From contig CAZIFH010000077.1 of the NCBI GenBank assembly GCA_964539065.1, forward strand, positions 1-31,599: a DNA stretch of 31,599 nucleotides, given 5' to 3'. The position numbers were made by a program, and so were the translations under genes. The notes below the pieces were generated by a model, which was not told the DNA's origin, made no database searches, and worked only from the letters and a program-made list of their open reading frames with translations. This document shows positions 9,396 through 18,886 of the stretch, one piece after another (within the stretch, counting starts at the first letter, position 1; each line of letters begins with the position of its first letter). This DNA comes from an uncultured Candidatus Bathyarchaeia archaeon (GTDB lineage Archaea > Thermoproteota > Bathyarchaeia > Bathyarchaeales > DTEX01).

Positions 9396-10004
9396 CTAAG
9401 ATTTTCTTAATGCTTTGTATTCCGAAAAGATTTTCTCTTTAACTGCAACAAAATGTTCTGAAAGTTTCTCTGGAAGAAGCCCTTTTTTTATGTATCCTGA
9501 GAAATGAAGAGTGTATTCTTCTGAGTTCGAGGAAAACTGTTCAGCGTACTTTGTAATGTGAGTTCCTGCAATTCTTTTCTCGTCTGGTAGCATCTCTTCA
9601 TTAAAAGGAACGTTAACTCCTGCATCTAGTAAACCTTTAAGCACGCCGAATATGTTTGCACCTTTAGACGGAGTTTGTAGTCCAATGTCTAAAACAGCTT
9701 CTTTCACGTTTTTAGCTAAAATTTTAAAACCACATAGAAGCCCTGTAAGATACGAAGATGGAAGATTACTAAGGCTTCCAAGATAACCGTATTTTTTCCT
9801 CAGCTCGCTTGAATGCGTTGAGGCTACAACTATGTCACCCTTAACGTCAGATTCTATTAACTGAGTTATAATATATTTACCTGTTTTTCTAACTACTATT
9901 CTTGGAATATTTGAAGACACAAGATCCTTTCTGAGATTATAATTCGTTTTTCCTTCTCTCCGTCTTCGATATGGAACGTTGTATCTCGCTCCTTTGCCCA
10001 TCAC
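9396..10004 (-). CDS. rpl18: 50S ribosomal protein L18 (uL18)
   Basis: YNVPYRRRREGKTNY, PRIVVRKT, AVLDIGL. Confidence 0.96.
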   Translation of the reverse strand: MMGKGARYNVPYRRRREGKTNYNLRKDLVSSNIPRIVVRKTGKYIITQLIESDVKGDIVVASTHSSELRKKYGYLGSLSNLPSSYLTGLLCGFKILAKNVKEAVLDIGLQTPSKGANIFGVLKGLLDAGVNVPFNEEMLPDEKRIAGTHITKYAEQFSSNSEEYTLHFSGYIKKGLLPEKLSEHFVAVKEKIFSEYKALRKS

Positions 10005-10453
10005 CTTTTCCTCCTAAGAAGGTGAGATTCAATGTAGCGTTCAAGGTCTTTAACTGAATGGAAAGATCCGCTTTTTGCCTTAATATAAAGCTGTCGATGT
10101 ATAGACTCGTTAATTACATGCTTGTCCCTTAGCTGGTGAATCTTCCTTCTTTGAGCTCTTATCCGTCTAATCCATACCTCTTTTGACGGAGTTCTAGCCC
10201 CCTTTTTTCCGCTACGAGTTCCTTGCCCCCTTCTTTTCCCATCAACCTTTTTTGCATGAATTAATCGAGCTCGTGCCCTGCTTATTCCTTTTTCAGGTAT
10301 CTTTTTAATTGCTTTTTCTCGAATAAGCCTTCTTATGTCTTCTCTTGAGATGGCTGTCTCTACATCATCTATTCTTGCAGGGTCGATCCACACCCTATTT
10401 TCTCCTACTTTAAGGATTTTAGAAGCCATTTGACGTTGACTTTTTAGACTCAT
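10001..10453 (-). CDS. rpl19e: 50S ribosomal protein L19e
   Basis: LKSQRQMASKILKVGENRVWIDP, RRGQGTRSGKKGAR, WIRRIRAQR. Likely start ATG 10453. Confidence 0.96.
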   Translation of the reverse strand: MSLKSQRQMASKILKVGENRVWIDPARIDDVETAISREDIRRLIREKAIKKIPEKGISRARARLIHAKKVDGKRRGQGTRSGKKGARTPSKEVWIRRIRAQRRKIHQLRDKHVINESIHRQLYIKAKSGSFHSVKDLERYIESHLLRRKR

Positions 10454-10476
10454 ATCAAGGTTCTCCATTAATGTTT

Positions 10477-10917
10477 TCATTCTTTCGATTCATTTTTATC
10501 CGCTGTTGGCTCTTTTAGTTCTCTAAATTCCCTTGGGTTAATAACGTGTATTCCTATCTCTTTTGCTTTATTTAGGATTTCAATCCTTTTTCGAGCGCCT
10601 ACAGTATGAGCGATTCTCACCACTTCTACATCTGGTCTAACCTTATCTAAATCATCTACGTTGTAAACCCTTACTTCTAATAGTCCAGAAGGATGCACCC
10701 CTCTCGAATCCTTTGGACAGCGGTATCCAATGTTAGGCAAGGATGGCCAACCTTTGACTTTTCTTCGCATTTTATTGTCTATACCACGGGGTTTTCTCCA
10801 GTTTTCTTTGAGACGCTTGTACCGCCAGTTTTCTTGACGGCGGAACTTAGGTTTCTTACTTTTCTCTTTTTGTCTTTTCTTAATAAGTTCAGGTGCATTT
10901 GGTTCCTGTTCTGTCAC
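10477..10917 (-). CDS. rpl32e: 50S ribosomal protein L32e
   Basis: KPKFRRQENWRYKRL, WRKPRGIDNKMR, IGY, IAHTVGARKR. Confidence 0.96.
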   Translation of the reverse strand: MTEQEPNAPELIKKRQKEKSKKPKFRRQENWRYKRLKENWRKPRGIDNKMRRKVKGWPSLPNIGYRCPKDSRGVHPSGLLEVRVYNVDDLDKVRPDVEVVRIAHTVGARKRIEILNKAKEIGIHVINPREFRELKEPTADKNESKE

Positions 10918-11459
10918 TCAGTCATCCCCTCCATTTTCTCGTATATATAGATCCCGTCAAGAAATTTTCGTGTATCTCTTTTTCTGACAACAGTTGCTTG
11001 TTCAATGTTAGCTGCAGTTTGACTAACATCTTCGATATTAATACCTTTAACTATTATTTCGTCGCCTTTCACTGAAACTAAAGAGTCACCCATAATGAGG
11101 GCTCTACGTGGATTTCTTTCTCCAATAAAGTTTTCAATCACAACATTTTTATCCTGCAATTTTACAGATATCGGGAAATGTGAAAAAACAATCTTAAGTT
11201 TGTACGTGAATCCCTTTGTAACTCCTGTTATCATGTTGTTAATATGAGAACAGACTGTACCGACAAGAGCTGATTCTCTTCTTCTAGGTCTTAGTGCCGA
11301 AACAATTATTTCGTCATCTTTAAGTTTGATGGCTACTGCTGTTTTAGAGAAATCTTTGATTAAGCGTCCCTTTTCGCCTCTAACCTCGATTACCTTTTCG
11401 TTCAAGGTAACTGATACTTCCTTGGGGATTTTAACAGTCCTAGTTTCCAAACGAGACAT
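10914..11459 (-). CDS. rpl6: 50S ribosomal protein L6 (uL6)
   Basis: GFTYKLKIVFSHFPISV, NFIGERNPR, VSQTAANIEQ, DTRKFLDGIY. Likely start ATG 11459. Confidence 0.96.
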   Translation of the reverse strand: MSRLETRTVKIPKEVSVTLNEKVIEVRGEKGRLIKDFSKTAVAIKLKDDEIIVSALRPRRRESALVGTVCSHINNMITGVTKGFTYKLKIVFSHFPISVKLQDKNVVIENFIGERNPRRALIMGDSLVSVKGDEIIVKGINIEDVSQTAANIEQATVVRKRDTRKFLDGIYIYEKMEGMTE

Positions 11460-11473
11460 ATCAAGCCATCCTG

Positions 11474-11857
11474 TCAATAGACATAGGCTAATAGAAGCCC
11501 ACCGAGATTTTTTTGCACTGCTTCTTTGTGTGAAACAACTCCTTCATGAGTTGACATAGCTAGTATACCTATATCTCTTGAAGGAAGAAACATTTTCTCC
11601 CATTTTTCAATGTCTTTATTCTTAACTGCATATCGAGGTCTGATAGCACCGCATTTGTTGATTCTGCCTAAAAGTTGCACTCTAAATTTCCCTGTACGAC
11701 CATCATCAATGAATTCAATCTCTCCGATATATCCGTTCATTTGAATAACTCTGAGTACATTACCTAGAAGTTTCGAGGCAGGTGATATTATGCACTCTTT
11801 CTTTCTCCTAAGTTCATTATTCATTATTGTTATCAATCCATTAGCAATCGTATCCAT
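11474..11857 (-). CDS. rps8: 30S ribosomal protein S8 (uS8)
   Basis: [46 protein letters not shown]. Confidence 0.96.
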   Translation of the reverse strand: MDTIANGLITIMNNELRRKKECIISPASKLLGNVLRVIQMNGYIGEIEFIDDGRTGKFRVQLLGRINKCGAIRPRYAVKNKDIEKWEKMFLPSRDIGILAMSTHEGVVSHKEAVQKNLGGLLLAYVY

Positions 11858-11870
11858 ACATGCTTCCTCC

Positions 11871-12035
11871 TCACTGGTACTTTTTGAACCCTAGTTTCTC
11901 AGCTACCTCTCTAAAGCAGTGCCTACAAAGGTTAAGACCATACTTCCGTATGATCGGGCCATACGATCCACATCTTCTACATGGCCTGCTTCCTTTGCCG
12001 AATTTTCGTTCTTTCTTTGGATTACCTACGCTCAT
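11871..12035 (-). CDS. rps14: 30S ribosomal protein S14 (uS14, Zn-ribbon type), absent from the ORF track
   Basis: Hand translation gives [54 protein letters not shown] (54 aa). It has two CxxC motifs and sits in the canonical position between L5 and S8. Confidence 0.95.
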   Translation of the reverse strand: MSVGNPKKERKFGKGSRPCRRCGSYGPIIRKYGLNLCRHCFREVAEKLGFKKYQ

Positions 12036-12056
12036 CTTGTTTACTCCTATTTGTTC

Positions 12057-12554
12057 CTATGTAACTTCCACTCCTAACTGGTTTTTTAAGAATGATACGG
12101 CTTCATCCGTAGTTAATAAATGCTGCGAACCAACTTTAGATTTTGCTCTATGTCTGTTTTTCACACGATATCCTGGTCTTTCTAAAGTTACTGAAATGTC
12201 CATTCCAATTATGCCTAGATCTGGGGAATACTTAGTTCCTGGTATGTCGATATGTTCTTTGATGCCGAAAGAAAAGTTTCCATAATTGTCAATTGATTGC
12301 CGAGAAATTTTGTTGTCCACTGCACGTAAAGCTCGGGATAAAAAGTCGTAGGCTTTTTTGCCACGTAAAGTGACCACGCAAGCTATAGGCTCTTTCTTTC
12401 TTATGCCAAATTCTCTTAAAGTTTTTTTTGCCTTTCTAGTACATGGCTTTTGTCCAGTTAATTCTTCAATTATCTTCATGGCTTTATCAAGAGGTTCTCC
12501 AGATTTACCAATCGCTGAATTCACGACTACTTTGGCAATCTTTGGCCTTCGCAT
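12057..12554 (-). CDS. rpl5: 50S ribosomal protein L5 (uL5)
   Basis: MRRPKIAKVVVN, LEELTGQKP-like segment, FGIRKKEPIAC, GNFSFGIKEHIDIPG, GIIGMD. AGGTGAT Shine-Dalgarno 6 nt before the ATG. Confidence 0.96.
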   Translation of the reverse strand: MRRPKIAKVVVNSAIGKSGEPLDKAMKIIEELTGQKPCTRKAKKTLREFGIRKKEPIACVVTLRGKKAYDFLSRALRAVDNKISRQSIDNYGNFSFGIKEHIDIPGTKYSPDLGIIGMDISVTLERPGYRVKNRHRAKSKVGSQHLLTTDEAVSFLKNQLGVEVT

Positions 12555-12597
12555 AGGGTTATCACCTGTTTTTTCCTTATGCTGTAGAGACTCCGTT

Positions 12598-13362
12598 TTA
12601 GAGAACCTCCTTATTTGGTAAGGATATTCTTAGTTTTTTGTCACCGATAACAAAAGCGTAGTCAAGCATTGTTTGGAAAGTTTCACCTTTCTCATTCTGT
12701 ATTGTTACCAGAAAGTTTCTTCGTTTTTGTCCAGTCTGCTCTATTATCGATGTGACCTTTCCGTGTTTGCCGATATTGTTTCCGTCAACAAAAATTACTA
12801 AAGACTCCTTTTCAAGTTTCAAGTGTTCAAGAACTTCTTGTTCAGGAACGCTGAGTTTCAATGTATCAAGAATGTTATAAACGTCTTCTTTTGGGTTCTG
12901 TGGATCTTCAACATGGATTAACAGATTTCTTCCATCGTGAAGATTGATTTGCAAATTCCCATTGCTTAAGGTTTTCTTATTTTCTATCCTGCAAATCTTG
13001 AATTTAGATTCTTCTTCGCTTATTGGGTTAAGAATTAAACCTTTTTCTGAAGGAAGAATCCTAAAATGCTTATCGTTATCTGGGATTGAAATCACGTCCA
13101 TCAGGCCTACTGGAAATCTTTCGTCGTGAATGATTCTGCCATCAACAAAAATCTTGCCATTTAAAACAATTTTTTTGGCTTCTTTACGAGTCTCAGCTAT
13201 GCCTAGAATTTCACGAATTACGATTAGAAGTGGCAAACACCGGTGAATAGGATGCGAACCTGGGGTAGGCATAACTGTCCAAACATATTCTTTCCTGTGA
13301 ATAGGCCAAAATCTAGGTGATTCTTCTCTCTTTAAGTGGGCTTTGCCGCCTCTCTTTCCCAA
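12598..13362 (-). CDS. rps4e: 30S ribosomal protein S4e
   Basis: HLKREESPRFWPI, PTPGSH, FPVGLMDVISI, QINLHDGRNL. TTG start preceded by GGAGGAG. Confidence 0.96.
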   Translation of the reverse strand: MGKRGGKAHLKREESPRFWPIHRKEYVWTVMPTPGSHPIHRCLPLLIVIREILGIAETRKEAKKIVLNGKIFVDGRIIHDERFPVGLMDVISIPDNDKHFRILPSEKGLILNPISEEESKFKICRIENKKTLSNGNLQINLHDGRNLLIHVEDPQNPKEDVYNILDTLKLSVPEQEVLEHLKLEKESLVIFVDGNNIGKHGKVTSIIEQTGQKRRNFLVTIQNEKGETFQTMLDYAFVIGDKKLRISLPNKEVL

Positions 13363-13847
13363 TTTACTTTTTTCTCCTCCATTATCTCAGATTCTTTGGT
13401 ATCTTGTTTTTCATTCTTAGTGTTTTTGGGTTTTTCAATTTCTTTATTTTTTGTGTCTTTTTCAGGCTTTTTTTCTTTTTCCTTTAGTTTTTTTCGTTCA
13501 ATAATCTTGTTTCGCCATTTATCATCAAGGTTCAATCGAACTATTTCTACCTTTGAAGGATGTATAGGCACATGTACAGAGGTACCATCAGCTTTCTCTC
13601 TGTTTATACCCTCTATGTATATTCTATATTTTTTACGATCAACCCGTGATATTTTTCCCTCGTATCCTTTGTAATCTCCTCTTGAGACCCTCACTGTATC
13701 ACCTTTTCGTACAGGTAAGGAACGAAAATTATATGTACCTTTTAATTCAGTTGAAAGGTGAGCTGAAAATAATTTGTTTCTTCTATGATAAGGTAAGATG
13801 TAGAGCATTTTTCTTTGTTTGCTTGGATCTTTAGTTTTTAACTTCAT
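13332..13847 (-). CDS. rpl24: 50S ribosomal protein L24 (uL24) with Lys/Glu-rich C-terminal extension
   Basis: PSKQRK, SAHLSTEL, RSLPVRKGDTVRVSRGDYKG, VPIHPSKVEI, LDDKWR. The 3' end overlaps S4e by 31 nt. Confidence 0.95.
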   Translation of the reverse strand: MKLKTKDPSKQRKMLYILPYHRRNKLFSAHLSTELKGTYNFRSLPVRKGDTVRVSRGDYKGYEGKISRVDRKKYRIYIEGINREKADGTSVHVPIHPSKVEIVRLNLDDKWRNKIIERKKLKEKEKKPEKDTKNKEIEKPKNTKNEKQDTKESEIMEEKKVNWEREAAKPT

Positions 13848-13865
13848 TTCAATCTCACTTCCTAC

Positions 13866-14306
13866 CTAAACTATTATGCTTGATGCGCTAGCTATTCTTG
13901 GCCATCTTTCAGCAGCTTCCCTTGCCACTGGACCCCGTATCTCTGAGCCTTTCATTTCACCTTCGGGTGTCAATATCACTGCTGCATTATCCTCAAATTG
14001 CACCCAATTCCCTTCAGGACGCCTAAAAGGCTTGACTTGCCTAATTATGACTGCTCTGAAAAGTTTTTTTCTCATATCAGGAGTTCCACGCCTCACTGAA
14101 ACTATGATCATGTCTCCGACAGCAGCTGCCGGTACACGTCTAAGTCTTCCTTTATATCTTGTGACTTGAACTAATCTTAGAATCTTTGCGCCGGAGTTGT
14201 CAGCGCACTTTAATAAAGAGCCGGCTGGCAACCCCGACGTAATCTTTATTCTGTACCCAGAAGTTCCTTTTGCTAGTAGACCTCTTCCCTTCGCTTTAGC
14301 TGCCAT
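13866..14306 (-). CDS. rpl14: 50S ribosomal protein L14 (uL14)
   Basis: CADNSGAK, AAVGDMI, FEDNAAV, IRGPVAREAAERWPRIAS. Confidence 0.97.
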   Translation of the reverse strand: MAAKAKGRGLLAKGTSGYRIKITSGLPAGSLLKCADNSGAKILRLVQVTRYKGRLRRVPAAAVGDMIIVSVRRGTPDMRKKLFRAVIIRQVKPFRRPEGNWVQFEDNAAVILTPEGEMKGSEIRGPVAREAAERWPRIASASSIIV

Positions 14307-14313
14307 TAATTAA

Positions 14314-14622
14314 TCACTTTCCTATTCTTTCTATAACAACAAACGAGACTGTTTTACTTATAGGTCGACATTCTGCTATTTTGACATGATCATTTTCTGA
14401 GGCGCCTATACATGGAGGATTATGTGCAGGAATGTGACTGTGCCGCCTTTCATAACGCTTATATTTTTTGACGTAATGTAAAAAGTCTCTTCGCACTATG
14501 ACTGACTTATCCATTTTTGCGCTTGCAACCACGCCCTCGAGAACTCTACCTCTTATTTTAAGTGAGCCGTGAAAAGGACAATTAGGATCATTACATTTTT
14601 TTTCTGAAATTGATGCAGACAT
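14314..14622 (-). CDS. rps17: 30S ribosomal protein S17 (uS17)
   Basis: [45 protein letters not shown]. Likely start ATG 14622. Confidence 0.96.
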   Translation of the reverse strand: MSASISEKKCNDPNCPFHGSLKIRGRVLEGVVASAKMDKSVIVRRDFLHYVKKYKRYERRHSHIPAHNPPCIGASENDHVKIAECRPISKTVSFVVIERIGK

Positions 14623-14623
14623 C

Positions 14624-14902
14624 TTACCAATGCCTCCATATTGCTTTCTTAACACGATCTGCCGGTCGACCAACAAGAACTCGGCCGTCAACTTCAACTA
14701 CAGTTTTGTCAGGCAATTTTAAAAGTAAAATAGAGTTTTCTTTAATGATACGTTTCTCTTTATCGCTATGAAGTATTGTAAGCGTCTTTTGTGTTTCGTC
14801 TATGATTTTACCTTTAATACCTATTTGTTTTTGATTTGAACTATGTACAACCTTTGCTTCAAGACCTATAAGCTCATGTCGAAGAAAAGTTGGGGAAATC
14901 AT
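14624..14902 (-). CDS. rnp1: Ribonuclease P protein component 1 (Rpp29/Pop4)
   Basis: [39 protein letters not shown]. Canonical position between L29 and S17. Confidence 0.93.
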   Translation of the reverse strand: MISPTFLRHELIGLEAKVVHSSNQKQIGIKGKIIDETQKTLTILHSDKEKRIIKENSILLLKLPDKTVVEVDGRVLVGRPADRVKKAIWRHW

Positions 14903-15114
14903 TCTTTTTTACCTCTTTCCATTTTTTCATTCATTACTGTTTTGATACGAGCTATTGTTTTTTTGAGCACCCGAATCTTTGCAGGGTTTTCTATTGCGCC
15001 GCCAGCTTTAACCATGGTTCTCATTCTAACACTCTCTACCTTTAGATCTGACAACCTTTTCAATAGTTGTTCGTCTGACATTTCACGAATTTCCCGTATT
15101 CTTTTCATTGGCAT
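14899..15114 (-). CDS. rpl29: 50S ribosomal protein L29 (uL29)
   Basis: EIREMSDEQL, GGAIENPAKIRVLKKTIARIKT. Confidence 0.95.
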   Translation of the reverse strand: MPMKRIREIREMSDEQLLKRLSDLKVESVRMRTMVKAGGAIENPAKIRVLKKTIARIKTVMNEKMERGKKE

Positions 15115-15858
15115 TTATTCTTCGGTCTCCTCTTCTTTGATTTCAATATTGCCTTTCTGTGCCACTTCAAATGATTCGACAGTAATTTTTTCTTGGTTTT
15201 GTAGTGATTCTTTTTCTATAATTTGAGGTTTCTCAGTTTCATTCATTAACTGTAGTTCAGACTCAAGTTCTTTTATCTTGATCTGATCTGGCAAAACAAC
15301 TCCAGGGGGCATAATAGCTACTTTAACGCCAAATATGCCTGGTTTTAATTGACAGTGAATAACGGCTTTCCGCACGTATTTTATTGCTGGATCTCCACTT
15401 TTTGGCACATATCCTTCTCGAAATTTTTCGCTTCTAGCCCGTTCAGTTCTAAGTTTACCGCTTATAATTATTTCTGCCCCTAAAGCTCCAGCTTCCATAA
15501 TCTGGGATAAAGCCCAAAACCCCGCCCTGCGGAAATGTATCCCTCTTTTAAGCGTTGTTGCGATGCGTGAAGCCATAACGTGAGCGTTAAGTTCCGGAAT
15601 CTCAATTTCAGCAACTGACACTTGAGGGGTTGGCAATCCAAAGTTATCTTCCAATGCTTTTGCAATATTCTTTATTGTTGTGCCTCCACGTCCAATTATT
15701 ATGCCTGGGCGCATTGCGTAAACAACTACATTTGTACCTAATGGAGTTTTTGTTATGTCTACACCTCCATAGCCTGCTTTTTCAAACTCTTTCCATAAAA
15801 ACTCGTCTACACTTGTTTTCTTGAGAGACTCGCCAATAAAATGTTTGATTGAAGACAA
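15115..15858 (-). CDS. rps3: 30S ribosomal protein S3 (uS3)
   Basis: AGYGGVDITKTPLGT, RPGIIIGRGG, PELNAHVMA, GAEIIISGKL, GIFGVKVAIM. Acidic C-terminal tail. Confidence 0.97.
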   Translation of the reverse strand: MSSIKHFIGESLKKTSVDEFLWKEFEKAGYGGVDITKTPLGTNVVVYAMRPGIIIGRGGTTIKNIAKALEDNFGLPTPQVSVAEIEIPELNAHVMASRIATTLKRGIHFRRAGFWALSQIMEAGALGAEIIISGKLRTERARSEKFREGYVPKSGDPAIKYVRKAVIHCQLKPGIFGVKVAIMPPGVVLPDQIKIKELESELQLMNETEKPQIIEKESLQNQEKITVESFEVAQKGNIEIKEEETEE

Positions 15859-16332
15859 CTAAGATTCTCCTCCAACCTGCTCCAAAACAATTTCCACATG
15901 ACATAAAGTCTTGTTCTTAGGAGTCGCTCTACCCATAGCTCTAGGAATAACCCTTTTAATCTTAATTCCTGGATAAGCAGCAGCATGAACTATTCTTAAG
16001 CGCTCAGACTCTAAGCCTTTGTACATCGCGTTTGATTCAGCGCTTTCTATAATTTCAAGGATTTTATGTGCAGCCTTAACAGGATATCTACCAGCAGCAA
16101 ATTTTTGGAGGTTTTTTCTGTGTGGAAGCGTTTTTCTATGTTTTCGGTAAGGTACTGCCTTTTCTTTTCGTTGAATTTGTTCAAGAAATGTCTTTGCCGC
16201 ATCAAGTTTCATTCCCTTAATTGCTGCGCACACTTCTATAGCTGATTTAGGCGATACTCTCAGCTCTCTTCCGCTAGCCTTAACGGTTTTTTCTGGGTCT
16301 AACCCCATCACAGAGTATCCCCACTTTGGCAA
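15859..16332 (-). CDS. rpl22: 50S ribosomal protein L22 (uL22)
   Basis: KASGRELRVSPK, GRYPVKAA, PRAMGRATPK, HVEIVL. Likely start TTG 16332 after GGTGA (ATG 16353 is an alternative). Confidence 0.95.
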   Translation of the reverse strand: MPKWGYSVMGLDPEKTVKASGRELRVSPKSAIEVCAAIKGMKLDAAKTFLEQIQRKEKAVPYRKHRKTLPHRKNLQKFAAGRYPVKAAHKILEIIESAESNAMYKGLESERLRIVHAAAYPGIKIKRVIPRAMGRATPKNKTLCHVEIVLEQVGGES

Positions 16333-16480
16333 TTTGAATTCACCGACTTTCATTGAACAGATGCATGCTTGTTTATAAGAATTATCTTTTTCATATTTAA
16401 ACAAGTTCATCAAAATTTTTCTTGTAATAACCTATTGATTTGAATGGTGGATTCGAAAAAGTTGGCGGGTTTATCTTTCC

Positions 16481-17170
16481 TTAGCTTAAAGGATGCTTTA
16501 GTATAGGTATTCTTTTTAAAGCCGCTATTAAAGGAGCTCCGACAAATGAGGAAATCACAAGGATAAAGATATCTTCAATGAATGAGTCGACAGCTCCTAA
16601 AATGAATGCAGTATATACCATTTCTTCAGACCATCCTAGAATAGCGTAGAAATCTAATGGAATAAGCAGAAATATTCTTGTTAGCGCATCAGTCGCTGTA
16701 CCAATGAAGGCAACTAGAGGAACCGTTAAGGGCAAAAGATGAGGGTCTTCCTCAGAAAGTTTTCCACACAATATTGCCACAGGAAAAATAAGCACCAGTG
16801 CAACAAGAATGTCCAAAATAGTCCATAAAGGAAGCTGTCTCCCTAACGGATGAATTAAAAAGGAGCCGAGCATAAGAACGTAGATTGCCAAAACTGGACG
16901 CCACTGTTTTTTTGCAATAAATCCACATGCCATAACCCCTATAGGCTCAGCGACTATGCCAAACATCCATAGATCTGAAGGCTTAATAACTCTGGCAACC
17001 AAGCTGCCGATAAAGGCAGATGTGAAACCAGCCCATGGACCTAAAATAACTCCTTCTATTGGTGCTAGGTATATACTCCAGCTTCGCCATAGTTCGAAAG
17101 ATAAGATGTATAAAACAGCATGTAAGGATGCAAAGATACTTACAACAGCTACGGTTCTTGAAGTCTTCAT
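16481..17170 (-). CDS. Integral membrane protein, ECF transporter S-component-like
   Basis: About six hydrophobic segments. APIEGVILGPWAGFTSAFIG matches the S-component G..LGP..G....IG pattern. Substrate not inferable. Confidence 0.55.
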   Translation of the reverse strand: MKTSRTVAVVSIFASLHAVLYILSFELWRSWSIYLAPIEGVILGPWAGFTSAFIGSLVARVIKPSDLWMFGIVAEPIGVMACGFIAKKQWRPVLAIYVLMLGSFLIHPLGRQLPLWTILDILVALVLIFPVAILCGKLSEEDPHLLPLTVPLVAFIGTATDALTRIFLLIPLDFYAILGWSEEMVYTAFILGAVDSFIEDIFILVISSFVGAPLIAALKRIPILKHPLS

Positions 17171-17326
17171 AAGTTGAATTATAAGAATTTCAATAAATAA
17201 ATCGTTTTATCTTATAATTATGCATTTTCATCAATAATACTCATGTTTTTATCTTTTCGTACATATTTTTTAGAGTCTGTTGAGTGTGTGTTTGATACTG
17301 TCTTTTCAAATTAGCGGGAGAATTTA

Positions 17327-18658
17327 TTAATCATGCATTTTTAGGCAAAAGAAGTTGGAAGCATTGTCTCTCAAAAGTTTTTGAGCCAAGATGAGTGCTT
17401 GTTTTTTGGAGAATGATCCTTCTTCAACTTTATCCGTTAGCACTTTCGCGATATTTTCTCTAGCTATTATAGAGTGACCAAAAACGCCTTCTGCAAAGGT
17501 ATAATCGCCTCCAAAACCAAAGATTTTGTTCCACGGAACAGTGTCAAGCCATTCCGTCAATGCTTGTCTTGCTCCATTAGGCGATATTATGTGAAGCCAA
17601 CACATGTCGATGTATACATTTGGAAAGTTTTTGGCTAAAACAGCTAATTCCCCGACATAAGGATATGACCCGTGAAATATGTCAAATCTAGCTTCTTTAT
17701 ACTCTCTAAAAAGGTTAATTAGATCAGTCGGCTTTGAATTTGTAATTATATTTTCGTTTCCCTCTTGAATACCTGTGTGAATTTGTATGGGCAATCCATT
17801 CTTACTTGCTAACTGTATTATTTTGTGTACCATAAAATCCTGTAGCGGCTTAGTTTCTACAAAAGAAAGCCAATCAGACATTTCTTTTTCTTTCTCATCT
17901 AAAATCTTTCTTCGAAAAGTTTCCATGTTGTATATATTGACAAAAACCTCTTCAGCTTCTCTTTCAGAAACTTTTTCGAAATGTAGTTTCCTTAGGTATG
18001 CAAGTCCAATCTTGACTCCAACTATCATTTTTGAATATTTTTTGAATTCAACTTCAAGAGATTCTACTAAGTCAGAAAGTGAGTGTATTGATTTACCATT
18101 CCGTCTTCCTAGATGTTCTAATTCTGTTCTTCCACTAACCATAACAAAGTCATCAAACCTCTTAACTGGTGCAAAGAAATCTCTATCCACATCCTCCAAA
18201 GGATAAGTGGGATTATCCAAAATAGATATATCAATGCCAGATTTCTCTTTTATTATCCATTTGTATAAACCTGGTTTGTTTGCTTCTTGCATTCGAGAAG
18301 CCAACTTAAAATATGTCTCATCGTTGAGTGCATCAATAGAATAAAGGTGTTTAAAAGCAATGTTTAAAGCTCTTGCATAACCAGTATTTTGGATTCTTTC
18401 CCAATATATCTTGAAAATTTCCCATCTTTTTTCTAGTGGAATAATTTGGTCTCTAACAATATCTAAATCTTCTTTAGGCATTCCAGAAGAAGTGAGATCA
18501 GATGATGCATATTGCGCCAGAATTGTCTCAAAAAGATCCAGTTTTTTAGATGTTCTTTCCTTCTCTTGAATAAGATGTTCATGAGTGTCAAAAATTCGAA
18601 TCTTATCAACTGTGCTCCTTAAGGTTTTATACAATTGATTGGAATCCATTAAAACCAC
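17327..18658 (-). CDS. Amidohydrolase-superfamily metallohydrolase (Amidohydro_2 / uronate-isomerase-like)
   Basis: IFDTHEH, IQIHTG, DIFHGSYP, NVYIDMCW, KIFGFGGD: the typical metal-ligand set. Confidence 0.85.
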   Translation of the reverse strand: MVLMDSNQLYKTLRSTVDKIRIFDTHEHLIQEKERTSKKLDLFETILAQYASSDLTSSGMPKEDLDIVRDQIIPLEKRWEIFKIYWERIQNTGYARALNIAFKHLYSIDALNDETYFKLASRMQEANKPGLYKWIIKEKSGIDISILDNPTYPLEDVDRDFFAPVKRFDDFVMVSGRTELEHLGRRNGKSIHSLSDLVESLEVEFKKYSKMIVGVKIGLAYLRKLHFEKVSEREAEEVFVNIYNMETFRRKILDEKEKEMSDWLSFVETKPLQDFMVHKIIQLASKNGLPIQIHTGIQEGNENIITNSKPTDLINLFREYKEARFDIFHGSYPYVGELAVLAKNFPNVYIDMCWLHIISPNGARQALTEWLDTVPWNKIFGFGGDYTFAEGVFGHSIIARENIAKVLTDKVEEGSFSKKQALILAQKLLRDNASNFFCLKMHD

Positions 18659-18690
18659 TATGCTACGGATAAATCTTTTACTTAAACCTT

Positions 18691-18852
18691 TTAAACCCAG
18701 TTTTGTCCAGATTTTCTTCGTAACAAAATACGTTTTTCGAAGTTTCTTCTAAACCTTATTCTGGGCGGCTTTCTGGTTTTCGGCGTAGCCTCTATCTTAG
18801 GAGTCTGTGAACGAACTTTCCCAGCCTTTGAAAGACTTCCATGAGTAGGCAT
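18691..18852 (-). CDS. rps30e: 30S ribosomal protein S30e, absent from the ORF track
   Basis: Hand translation gives MPTHGSLSKAGKVRSQTPKIEATPKTRKPPRIRFRRNFEKRILLRRKSGQNWV (53 aa). GGTGA upstream. Confidence 0.95.
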   Translation of the reverse strand: MPTHGSLSKAGKVRSQTPKIEATPKTRKPPRIRFRRNFEKRILLRRKSGQNWV

Positions 18853-18886
18853 TCATGTTTCACCGCCCTAATATTTTATTCAGCGA

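Noticed and set aside
11855-11872. Out-of-frame ATG 4 nt upstream of the S8 start (ATGTATG)
   Set aside because: The S8 frame is complete from 11857 with an SD at usable spacing; no evidence of a regulatory role.
12554-12610. Possible ACG start for L5 (GGAGG...ACG GAG TCT...AAC CCT ATG), which would restore the usual NPM N-terminus
   Set aside because: The ATG at 12554 has its own strong AGGTGAT SD at good spacing, so a non-canonical start is not needed.
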